DNA of 64,000 bases from the human T2T-CHM13v2.0 reference genome, Homo sapiens: assembly GCF_009914755.1 (NCBI RefSeq), contig NC_060943.1. One strand, 5' to 3'. The translations under genes and the position numbers were made by a program. Positions 48,950 to 64,000 of this stretch are shown here, one piece after another (position 1 is the stretch's first letter; each line of letters starts with the position of its first letter). The notes below the pieces were generated by a model that ran no database searches, had not been told where the DNA came from, and was given only the letters and a program-made list of their open reading frames with translations.

Positions 48950-49950
48950 GACACGGCGGAGTCCCAGCTCGCAGGGAGCTCAGGTTCTGACGGCGTCAGA
49001 GGACAACACGCTCTGGACCAGCGCAGCGCCCAAGGGTCAGCGGCAGCAGCGAGCAGGGGGCACGGGATGCGGGGAGGCTCTTCGGGAGGCATGAAAGGCA
49101 GACGTGTTCCGAAACGTGAGCCGCGCTGAGGGGCACGGCGCACGACCGGGGACAGAAGGAAGACACTGCGGTCGCAAAGCCCTGGCCGTGCAAAGGCCCC
49201 GTGGTCAGCCAGGAGCCCAGGCGTCCCCTGCTCTAGCGAGGTTTCCTTCCGAACGTCCCGTAGCACCGCTTACCATGGAACGGCGGGCGCTGCCTCGCAG
49301 CCCCGACCCCGCGGCGGCCCCCACGGGCCTACGAGGAACTCGAGGCCGAGGGAAGGAGTGAGAGCGGCCGGAAAGGGGCAGGGCCGAGCCGGACCGGTAC
49401 CTGGCTGGGTCCCAGCGGCCGCCACTTACCACCGAGGCCGCCTCTTCGTCCACAGCCTGACGCCAGCCACCGCCGCCGCCGTCTCCACTGCCGCACGCAC
49501 GCCGCCACTTCCGCTTCCGTCCGTGCTGCGGCCCCGCACGTGACGCAGCGCCTTCTCGCGCCCAGACTGAAGCACCGCCCCCCCTTAAAGGGGCCGCGGA
49601 CTAGAGCTAGCTGGATGCAGCTTGGGATCCCGGCCTCGCCACCGCCTGGTCGCGCGACACAGGCTGAACCCTGCCCAACCCTAAGGTGGACAACAGGCCA
49701 CCGGTTCCCGAGTCCTCCCGGTCCTAAGCCTTCTGCCCTAGAGATCGTAGGAACTCTTCTCGTGATCCCAGCTCCAGTGTCGGCTCCCTCTTCCAGGGGA
49801 GACCCTCGGGGCCCAAGCACCTGCCACCGCCCTCTGCTGGACCCCAGCTTCGCCATCTACGAAGGAAGCGGCCTGTCCGAGCTCTGAGGTCCGTCAAGCG
49901 CGGCACCTCAGGACCCAGAGTGCGCTGTCCTGGCCCCTCTGCAGTAGGAC
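48950..49950 (-). promoter_or_regulatory. CpG-island promoter not attached to any coding first exon in this window (tandem ETS, E-box/CRE, GC box, downstream splice donors)
   Basis: cacttccgcttccg 49506-49519; cacgtgacgc 49537-49546; minus-strand donors GTG|GTAAGT (49430), CAG|GTACCG (49401), ATG|GTAAGC (49274). Confidence 0.7.
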
Positions 49951-50309
49951 TGACGGGAAGCTGTCGAGGGGGCAGTCCCGCGATGGCAGCAGGGCCCCCA
50001 CGCCTGGCGTCCTCATCGCGCCCACCCAGCAGGGCTCACCAGCCTCCCTAGGAAGCAGGCAGGGGTCCTGGGCTCAAACGCTGCCCCACCCATCATCGCC
50101 CAGGCAACCAGCTCCCTAAGGGCTCCCCGGACTAGACAGAGACCCACCCCACTTCCGCAGAGTAAAACCTATAAGGGGGTCCGTGCCGATCTCTCCTAGG
50201 GACTCAGGGACGAAACCTGGGAACCCCGGCCCCCTTTCGAGCTCGCTGAGCGCTCGAGAGAGTGAGCAGAGCCATGAAAGGAAGGAGAGCAGCCCTAAAA
50301 TTTTAAATC

Positions 50310-50315
50310 TTTAAT
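50310..50315 (-). terminator. ABHD17A: ABHD17A polyadenylation signal (ATTAAA)
   Basis: ATTAAA on the minus strand about 205 nt after the stop, in the only AT-rich patch nearby, followed by a U/C-rich segment. Confidence 0.75.
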
Positions 50316-50519
50316 TTCCGTTTTCACGTATTTTCTTCTTGCTTCCAAAAGGAAAGGAGTGCGTAGCTCTGTTGCCTGTACATCGTCCACAGCCCCTGGG
50401 TCGGGGCGGGGTCCCCTGGGCCGCCCGGGGGGTCCACATGCAGCCCCTGGGTGGGGGCCGGCGCGGGGTGAGGTCCGGGGGCCGCCTTATTGCTGAGGTC
50501 CGGCCGGTTGGGGCCGCCG

Positions 50520-50745
50520 CTAGGCGCGCTGGCTGGGCAGCTCCTGGGAGATGAAGCGACGCAGGCGCTCCAGGTACTGGCTGTAGAGCTCGATGTCGTT
50601 GTGCCCGGCGCCCTCCACCCACAGCGGCTCCACCGCCTTGGGGCAGCGCTCGTAGAGCGCCAGCCCGTGCGAGAAGTCGATCACCTCGTCCTCCGTGCCG
50701 TGGATGATGAGCACGGGAGACGTGATCTTGGACACCTTCTCGATG
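50520..50745 (-). CDS. ABHD17A: ABHD17A last coding exon, with catalytic Asp (HGTEDEVI) and His (GAGHND)
   Basis: Acceptor ctcccgCAG|C at 50746/50745; (N)[27 protein letters not shown]...ELPSQRA*. Total CDS 332+195+180+226=933 nt = 310 aa plus stop. Confidence 0.96.
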
Positions 50746-50827
50746 CTGCGGGAGGGTCGTGGAGCCGGTGAGACTTCGCGCCCGGCCCGGGCCCCGCCCC
50801 GCCCCCGTCCCCGCCCGGGCCGCTCAC

Positions 50828-51007
50828 TTAGGGAAGGCGTCGAAGCAGTAGGTCTTCTTGGTGTCGGGGAAGGCGACGCGCATGCCCGAGGTGAGCGGCG
50901 AGTGCAGCACCACCGCGGCACACTCGTAGCGCGAGGCCAGGTCCACGGTGGGCACCGTGCCGATGCTCTGCCCGTACAGGATGATGCTGTCCGGGCTGAT
51001 GCCGTAC
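50828..51007 (-). CDS. ABHD17A: ABHD17A coding exon with the nucleophile elbow GQSIG
   Basis: CAG|G acceptor and AA|GTGAGC donor; 180 nt; [59 protein letters not shown]. Confidence 0.96.
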   Translation of the reverse strand, partial: VRHQPGQHHPVRAEHRHGAHRGPGLALRVCRGGAALAAHLGHARRLPRHQEDLLLRRLP

Positions 51008-53240
51008 CTGGCGGCGCCGGAGCAGGGTCAGCCGCGGCCTCCGACGCGCGCGCACCCTTCCCACCAGCGGGCGTCCCCGGGCCCAGCTCCGGATGCGACC
51101 CTCCAGTCTCCCCACTCAGCCAAGTCAGTGGGTCAGGCTCAGGCTCCACACCAGTCCCGAGGGCCACCCCCAGCCCCCAACACCGTGGCGGTGGGCGAAG
51201 CCAGCGGCCCCGCCCCGTTCCCTGCGCTGCCGTTCACTGGCGTTTCCTAGCTAGGATCTGCAGGGATCCTGCCTACGGAGTGCCCCTGGGGCGGGGGTAA
51301 GGGAGGCCCTGGCGCCTCTCCTCCTCCTGGTCACCCCTAGGTGCACACTGGGAACTGTGTGGCCCCCACATCCTGAATGCTTCACACCTTCCTGCCAGGG
51401 TTAGAAAACCGTTCCTGGTGCACTGGCCAGGACAGCGGACACTATTCCTCCCTGCAGCCCTTGCCCACCCCCTTGGCCATGAGGAATTCAGGCAGCTGTG
51501 TCCCCAAATGTCTCCACCCAATTTTGGACTCTCGGAGTCCCCACGCCCAATGAGATGCCAGTGCAACCCAGGTCAGCATCGAGGGTGGTGGCTGCGGAGG
51601 TGGCACCCCCTCCCACCAGCACCTTCCCTTGGGAGTGGACAAGTCCTCGGCCACCTCAGCACCACCAGCTCCCACCCAGGGGCACCCTCACCCCCAGGTC
51701 ATTGGTGTGCGGCCCCTGACCCAGCTGATCCAGCACCAGTTACAAGGCCTCCTCGTGCCCAGTCCCAAGCACACGGGACCCACCTGCCACCCTGCCCATG
51801 CCGGGACCCCACAACTCTCCTCCCACACGCTCTAGGCTCTGATCCCAGGCAGACGCCCTCTTGCAAGGCAGGAGCATGGGCAGGTGTGCGTCCCCTCTGC
51901 CTGGCATCTCCACCAGCAGGGCTGTCCCCGTCCCTGGCCTGGAATCCCAGCCTCCTGGCAGCACTCCACAGCTCGCCACTCACCCATGCCCCAAAGGATG
52001 CTGCCTGGCTGGTGCCTGTGGCTCCAGCTCTGCCTCGGCCTCCCTGGCCTGCTCCCTGGCAGCCATGGTCAGTAGTGTGCTGAGCCAGCCCAGCCCTGCC
52101 ACCTGCTACAGGCAGGAGCCCCGAGCTGCCACCTGGATGTCACCACTCAAACGAACAGGACACATCCCCGGTGGAGGCCCTGGGCACGCTCTGGCCTCCC
52201 CCTCACAGCTCTGGGCCTAGGTTCCTGCAGGACAAAGTGGCAGCAGGACAGATGGCCGAGCAGACAGAGCTCAGAGCTGGCCATGGCAGGTGTGACTCTG
52301 CCAGTGGCCCAGGCAGTAGAGACAGGAGGGGCCGAGGAAGTCGCATGAAGTGGTGATTGGTGTCAGCGTCCCACACTGCTGGGAGGCCCCCAGAGCCAGG
52401 GTGGTGCCAGGGGACCAGCTCCCAGGCCCACTGCAGGGACTGCCTGCATATCACCAAGGCAACGACGACCCCACCTCCCTAGGGCCTCTGACTTCTCAGA
52501 GCTGTGCCTGGTCCCTGTGGGAGCAGGTCAGACCAGTGGGCTGGGCAGGGCCAGGACGAGACAGGCCCAGTGGATGGTGAGCAGGAAAAGCCACCAGAGG
52601 CCCACCCGGGTCTCCTCGTCCAAAGCAGCACTGGCCCGGGCGGTGCTCAAACACCGGTGAAGGGCCCAGGCAAGCGCAGGGCTGGGGACGTGGATGACTA
52701 GGAGGGCTGGATCTGGAATCGAGGCTGGCCCAGACCTCGGATGTGTGCTGCGGGTCTGCACCTTACCCTGTAGGCCCTGCCCCAGGATGGCCAAGCTCCG
52801 CAGCCACAGGGCCTCATGGGCCAGTCCTCCGGACCTGGATGCAGCAGCCTCGCCTCACTTGGCCCCAAGTGCTGCCTCGGCCGATGGGCTCCCAGCCACA
52901 CGTGCACAGACCCCCAGACCACCACCCACTCCCTCCCGCCGGGTGGCATCCACACCCCTGTGACAAGCTCAGCCCCTTCCCATCCTCAGGCCAGGGGTTC
53001 CCAGGGAACCTGGCTCCACAGGCCAGGGTGTGGGAGGACCGCCTGGCCACACCTCAGCCATGTGGAGGCGGCACCTGCACACCCAAGCTCGCCTGTCCGG
53101 CTCTCTGGCCCTGTGCATCCACTGTGGCTCCCCTCCTGCAGGGCCGCCCACCTTCCTCCCAGGGAAGCCCGCCCCCCGGCCCCCCGCCTGGTCCCCTCTT
53201 GGGTGTGCCCAGGCTGAGCTGCCCCCAGGGTCGCCCTCAC

Positions 53241-53435
53241 CTGGTGCGCAGGGCCTGCCAGGCGGCGTCGATGTCGGCATAGAGGTTCCTCTCGGAAGGC
53301 CTGCCCGAGCTGGCACCGTAGCCGGAGTAGTCGTAGGAGAAGATGTTGCAGTGGAGGCGGGAGCCCAGGCCAATGTAGAAGCTGCTCATCTGGCCCAGGT
53401 CCACGGCATTGCCGTGCGAGAAGAGGACCGTGTAC
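53241..53435 (-). CDS. ABHD17A: ABHD17A coding exon ([20 protein letters not shown]...[11 protein letters not shown]...ALRT)
   Basis: ccCAG|G acceptor and CAG|GTGAGG donor; 195 nt; phase consistent with neighbours. Confidence 0.96.
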
Positions 53436-54215
53436 CTGGGACAGGCCGAGAAGGGCCGTTCACATCCTCGCTCCCAGCGCCCAGCTGCAGGGCAGGAGGA
53501 TGCGTAGTGACAGCCCACCCCGGTGGCCAGCCATGCCCAGTGCCTCATTTACTCCCCTCCCAAGGGGGCCAGAAGCCAGTGAATGGAGAGGGGAGGCTAC
53601 GACAGCACAGCTCCATCTCCGAGGGTTCCCCATGGGGAGAGGACAGGACAGCTGGCAGGGGGACAGGCAGCCTGGGCTGCAGAGGCCAGCCAGGGAGCCT
53701 CAGGATTCCCATCTGTGAAGCGGGACACTGGGACCATCGGTCGCATCCTCTCTCAGGGCAGACTCGCAGTGTGTGCTCAGATACTGCAGGCTTCACTGCC
53801 CTTCCTCCTGGAAGAACCTGGACCCCCGGGGATGGAGCGCACAGGCCCACCTTTCAGGACCTTCCCAGGGGAGCCCATGCTGCTGCTGGCAGGGCTATCT
53901 CCCCTCACCTCACAGAATGGTGCCCTCACTGTTGGGGCACAACTGGACCCCACCCCTGCCCCCAACAAGCAAATGCGGCCAATCTCTGCTCACACTCATG
54001 CAGCCCCTCCTGGCCCACCACCCTGCCCAAGCCCCAAGGCTGTGCTGCAAGGCCTGTCTGCTTCCCAGCACGGGAGCTGCCCCAGGTGGTGCCAGGAGCA
54101 GGTGGCCAGGCTGGCCCTGCCATGGACTGCTTCCTCCAGTTCCCCCAGGCCCCCACCTAGCCCAGCCAGAAGGTAAAGGCTCGCCCTCTGGACTCAGATC
54201 TGGTCAGAACCCCAC

Positions 54216-54368
54216 CTGGCGAGAAGGTGGATGTACCCGCAGGCCAGGGCAGCCCCTGTGCCCCAGCTCTTGCCCAGCAGGCAACCACCAGGCGCTGGGT
54301 TGTTGGAGTCGCCCAGCCTGCCCACCCATGCCAGCTGGGGATGGCCTCCCTGAGCCTGGTGTCCTTGT
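54216..54368 (-). CDS. ABHD17A: ABHD17A alternative in-frame cassette exon (153 nt, 51 aa; gives a 361-aa isoform)
   Basis: Acceptor ttttctctcgCAG|A and donor CAG|GTGGGG; symmetric phase 2; open frame QGHQAQGGHPQLAWVGRLGDSNNPAPGGCLLGKSWGTGAALACGYIHLLA. Confidence 0.75.
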
Positions 54369-54554
54369 CTGCGAGAGAAAATTGCCAGAGGGACGAGGCC
54401 GGCCTGACGGGGGATACCACCCTTGCTGGCTGGATGGCCCTTCACGGCAGGCTCGGGCCCTCGGGGGCACCACCAACCACACCAAGCACCGCAGGCAGAA
54501 ACGGGAGCCCCAAGAACAGGGTGACCCAGCCCAGGCGCGGCCACAGCTGCTCAC

Positions 54555-54886
54555 CTGGCACCAGGCACGCAGCGAACATACATGCAGGAGACGCGGTTGC
54601 CGCGGGCGCTCTTGGTGGGGAAGACCTCGATGGTGTCCAGCTCGCGCTGGCTGTACTGGAAGTCGGCACGCTCCGTCAGGTGCAGCTTCCAGCGCCCGGG
54701 TGCGCCCGAGGAGGCTCTCAGGGTCCCCAAGGGGGCGGCCCCGGCCCCACCAGGCCCCGGCTCGGGCTCAGGCACCAGGGAGTAGGTGGCCTCCGGCGGC
54801 AGGAAGGCGAGCTTGGCAGCGATGCGGCCGGGGCAGGGCGGGCAGCAGAAGAGGCAGCAGAGCTCACTCAGCGACAGCCCATTCAT
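54555..54886 (-). CDS. ABHD17A: ABHD17A first coding exon (alpha/beta-hydrolase depalmitoylase) with the N-terminal palmitoylated Cys cluster
   Basis: cccgccATG at 54886; [37 protein letters not shown]...; donor CAG|GTGAGC at 54555/54554. Best upstream acceptor is ttcccccgCAG|G at 55124. Confidence 0.97.
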
Positions 54887-56559
54887 GGCGGGCGCCGCCC
54901 AGGCCGGGCCTCCACCGGGGCCCCCGCCAACAACGCCGCCCGGCCTGGCCCGGCAGGGGAGGGGTGGGGGTGCTCCGAGTCGCGGGCAGGGGGGAGAGCG
55001 CCCCCCCAGCTACCGCCCCAGACAGCAGCCCCGTTAGGAGGCCAGGGCCCAGCCCCATCGCGGTCCAAGCCGAGCCCCAGGGAGCCTCGCAACCACAGGT
55101 CTCCATGTCGTGCCGTGGGAAGCCCTGCGGGGGAACAGTGACATGTGGGGTCCTTTGGGGGTGCCACAGTCCAGCTGGGCACCCCCGGGAGGCGGGGCAT
55201 CCACCCGTGCCAGGGGGCGGCATGGGCCCGGGGCCTGTCAGTCCCCATCCCCTCGGCCCTCCCCACGGCCTGTCAGGCACTGCACCCTACAGCTCAGGGG
55301 ACCCCAATTCAGCCCCCTCTCCACAGGATGAAGGAACCCCCACCTTCCCTGAGCTGGCGATCACCACCTCTTGCCATGTGAGTACAGCCATGGCATGCGG
55401 GGCATGCAGGGGATATGACCCCAGCCCCGCCCACACCCCCGAAACGCCCGGCTCCAGCACCAGGGAAACCCCATGCGCCAGGACTCGGTCCGCACTGCTG
55501 CCCACTCCCTCCCCCGGCCCATCTCTGCCACCCTATGGGTGACGGGCCGCTGAGGCAAGGACAGAGCTCGAACTGAAGGGACCCACGAGGGACCCGAACA
55601 GGCCCCGCTACGTGAGCGTGCACAGGCGCCGGGTCCCACCGGCCTGCGATGTCTGGAGACAGAGGAAATACAACAAACAAAGGCTCTAGAAACAAAGGCA
55701 GGATACATCCCAGGCTCCTAGGGCCCCCAGAGCAGCAACAATGGCTCTTCTCTGTGCTGGAGCCAGGCCTGCTGAGGGGCAGGGGAGGTGGGCTGGCGTC
55801 AGGGGGTCCTTCTCCACCCCTGACTTAGGGTTCCGTGACCGTGGGCGAGTCCCTTGCCCTCCTGAGGCCTCAGCATTCTCATCTATAAGTGCAGACACCA
55901 CACACCCCACAGGAAGTCAAGTGAGGGGGGAGGGGAACGAAGGTGCCTGATTGAGAGTGGAAACTCGGACCTTCTTCCTTGCTGCAGAACGTCATGAAAC
56001 ACATTAAGTCGACAACAGCTAAGTTGCTAAAGCAACCACAATAGTGTAAGGACCTGCCAACAGACAGACGTGAAGAAAACACGAAGGTCTGAGACGTCTA
56101 TCTACCGACCACGCTTCTCCTTCAGACTGGAGCGAGGAGAGAGACACGCTCACAACTCAATTTCAGCAGAACACCCTGGAATGCTTGGCTTTTGGGTCAC
56201 AGCATGAGAAAACCGTGGGGCCAGGAAGATGAGGCTCAAAGGCAGATGTGGACACAGATGGACATGCAGGCAGCTGCAGGCGCCACAGACACGGCTCGTG
56301 GGGACACCCTCACTACCAAGGAGCAGCCTCAGGCCCAGAAACACACCTGCTCCCTCAGGACCTGATGTGAGACCCACGTTCCTGTGAGCCGGACTCATGG
56401 GCACACGAGGAGGAGAGGAGAGAGCTCTGAAAGCCAGGGTGGGGCAAGGATGGCATCCCAGTGCCCCCAGACTCCCAGGCGGAAGGCAAATCGCACATGC
56501 AAGCACTTTTCAGCCGGGAGGTGGACTGTCAGGCTGGTTCTGCTTCTCAGATGGAGGCG

Positions 56560-56715
56560 AGTCTCCCTCCTGGAGACACCTGTCAATGTCTGGACACAGT
56601 TTTGGGTGTCACCACTGGGGACTGGGTGGAGGCTGCTTAGCACCCTGCAGTGCCCAGGACAGACCCACCCCAAAGAATGATCAGGCCCAACATCCACAGC
56701 GTCGAGGTTGATGTC
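56560..56715 (+). mobile_element. MER20 remnant
   Basis: caatgtctggacacagttttgggtgtcaccactgggg...cagtgcccaggacag...aaagaatgatcaggcccaa. Confidence 0.7.
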
Positions 56716-58099
56716 AGCTTTTCAACATATTCTCAAAGAGGTCCAGGCCCTACCGGTGCTGCCCCGCTGGTGCTGGGGACTTGGAGGGCCCTGCAGTTTA
56801 GGTGGCATCATGCAGCTGGGTCCTGAGAGCCCAGTGGACAGCAGCAGGCCCCTGGAGACCCCGGAGACGAAGGGGCACACCGAGGTGGCCAGGGCCCCAC
56901 TATCCAGGCCAGAAACAAAGATGTTATCCTTGACACCTCCTTCCACCCACTGGATCTGAGCCGGTCCATCACCAGCCCGGTGGCTCTGCCTGTCTCCCAT
57001 CAGCCACCGCCCGGTCCCTGCCTCCATCACCTTTCACCAGAGCCACAGCAACAGCCTCCCTCCTTGCTGATCACCTGCTCCAGGACATTCTCCCCCAGCA
57101 GCCAAACAATCTTTCACGACACAAATGCAATGGAGCCGCTTCCCTCTTGGGGTGTCCTGGGGGCCTCCCATTATTCCCTGGATAGAGATCAAAGCCCTCC
57201 CCACAGCCTGCCAGGTCCGCATTCCGGCTCAGGCCGACCTCTCCAGACTCACTCATCTCACACCCTGCCACTCCTGGCTCCCTCAAGACAAGCCAAATTG
57301 CCCCTTCCTGCCTCTGCTCCTCTGCCAGGAACTCCCTTCCCCAACCTCACTAGACAGCCTTGCCCAACCCAACCACCCTTTGCACCTCACTGCCAACGCT
57401 CTCAGAGTCCTCAAAGCTGGGACAGGACCCCTTACACGCTCTTTCCACAGCTTGTATTTTTCACACGTTTGGCCAGATCTCCCCCCACCTCCAAACCAGA
57501 AACTCTATGAGAGCAGGACCATGACCTGCCACTCACTAAAGGAATGGGCAGGTGGTAGGCAGCACAGAATTAAGGAGGAAGCACAGGAGGAAAAGAATCC
57601 CCAAGGTCCGCCAGCTTTGACAGGGAAGGGAAAGTCTAGTCTCCTCTCCTCTCCAGCCACAGGTACCTGGAACCTCCCTAGTGTCACTAATGGGCGTGGA
57701 CTGGGGAGTGCAAACCCAGACGCCTCACTCACTGGGCACACACCCTTGACACCCTGAATCCCACCAATTCCGTTCCCACGCACTTAACTGGGCAACCCTC
57801 TGCAAGCTAGAGGTGTTCTGAGGACCAGCAAGCAACCGAGCAGCCAAAATACTGGAAGATGACCTACATATGGGAGACGGTGACTGCACCTCACTCAACC
57901 AGTCAGGGTGGGAAACCCGCCTGGGGGGAGGCGCGGCCATATCAGAGGGCAGACAAACGGGCCAGGTGACAGGGGGATGGGACAGAGGGACAAGCAGGAG
58001 CAAAATCCGAGGTGACAGAGCAGGCTCCTGGCTAGAGCAGACCCTGGGAGGAAGAAGTGAGCAGAAGGGTCCTAAGAGAGAGCCTGGGACGGGTGAGGT

Positions 58100-58960
58100 C
58101 GCGCCCCCGAGAGTTTGCACTTCATCCTGGGAGAAATGGCGGGGCCGCGAAGAAGTCCCGAGCAAGCGATGGACAACATAGGAGAAGGGCTGCATCCCGG
58201 AGAACGGACGCGAGCGGAGGCCGGGAAGCCCGCCCAGGAGTCAGGGTGGCAGGAAGAAGCCTGACAAGGGAAACAGCGACTGGGAGCTGGTTGGGAAGCA
58301 GGGCTCGGGAGGGCCCCTGGGAGCTGCCTTGGGGGGCGAGAGGCCGAAGCGTTTGTCGGACTGGGGGCAGTTTCGGGGCAAAAGAGCGGAATCCGCGGCT
58401 CGGACGGGTGCTCCCCGAAGGCAAGGGCCGCGTCCGCAGGAGGGTGGGAGCGCAACCCACGCCGGAGGGCTGAATGGATGGGGACAGGGCTTTCCCAATC
58501 ACAGACGCTCATCCGCGGTCCGCGCCCCTGCTCTGGGCTCCTCGGGCAGGACCCGCGGAAGCCCTGGGACTGCAGGGGTCTCGGGGACGTCCAACCGGGC
58601 TGTCAGGCCCTCGAGGCCCGGCCCGGGACCCCGCGCGGCCGCGCCCGCCCCCGCCCCTGCCCGGCACTCACCACCCCGGCCCGCGCCCCCGGGCCCCAGG
58701 GCCGCGCTCCATGGCTCCCGGCCGCCCGCCCGTGCGTCCGTCGGTCCCTCCGCACCCCTGCCCGGCCTCCTGCACCGCCACCGCCGCAGCTCCCCCCACG
58801 GACGGAAGTGAGCCTCGTTCTCACCACCGCCCCGGAAGTGACGCGAGGAGCGCGCGGGGCGGGGGTCTGCAGGCACAGAGCGACCGCGCGACTAGCGTCC
58901 TGGGGGCGGGGCTGATATGTCGAGGGGCGTGGCCTGCTGCTCTGTGGGCGGGGCCAAACT
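58100..58960 (-). promoter_or_regulatory. ABHD17A: ABHD17A CpG-island promoter: two ETS motifs (one as an overlapping ETS-CRE composite ccggaagtgacg, 58832-58843) and GC boxes
   Basis: CpG-dense; cggaagtg at 58803 and 58833; ggggcgggg at ~58903 and gggcgggg at ~58946. Confidence 0.85.
58672..58810 (-). other. ABHD17A: ABHD17A non-coding exon 1 (5' end approximate)
   Basis: Strong donor GTG|GTGAGT at 58672/58671 just downstream of the ETS motifs. Confidence 0.75.
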
Positions 58961-59068
58961 TAGGTTTCATTCACTTGGGGACCCGGAATAGGTTGAGGCC
59001 AGTAAAGTTCTCGCCTGGAAAACAAAATTTACAGGGACGCCAAAAAAAACTCAGACATCAACATTTAG

Positions 59069-64000
<4,932 letters not shown>

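Noticed and set aside
53773-55542. 589-aa plus-strand ORF
   Set aside because: Antisense shadow of ABHD17A exons and introns; non-ATG start and no recognisable domain.

Overview
GC-rich, Alu-dense primate DNA that I recognise from the encoded proteins as the human REXO1-KLF16-ABHD17A region (19p13.3). All three genes lie on the minus strand. I traced exon boundaries by GT/AG and codon phase: REXO1 exons 1-2 (first 637 codons; the gene continues left of the window), the complete KLF16 CDS (2 exons, 252 aa) and the complete ABHD17A CDS (310 aa, plus an in-frame 153-nt cassette exon giving 361 aa). The rest is CpG-island regulatory DNA, about 45 Alu copies, older L1/L2/MER20/MLT1 remnants and two minisatellites. 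Almost all ORF-track entries are GC-rich or Alu artefacts. I see no convincing wholly new biological system. The best leads are: (1) a TISU-initiated Arg-rich uORF in frame with REXO1; (2) three strong-context upstream AUGs in ABHD17A, two of them in a frame that overlaps the main start; (3) an orphan CpG-island promoter at about 49.5 kb with minus-strand splice donors pointing at KLF16; (4) a tiny retroposed mRNA 3' end with poly(A) and a target-site duplication at 48 kb; (5) a candidate TND-interacting motif and repeated Y-x-P motifs in the disordered REXO1 exon 2.
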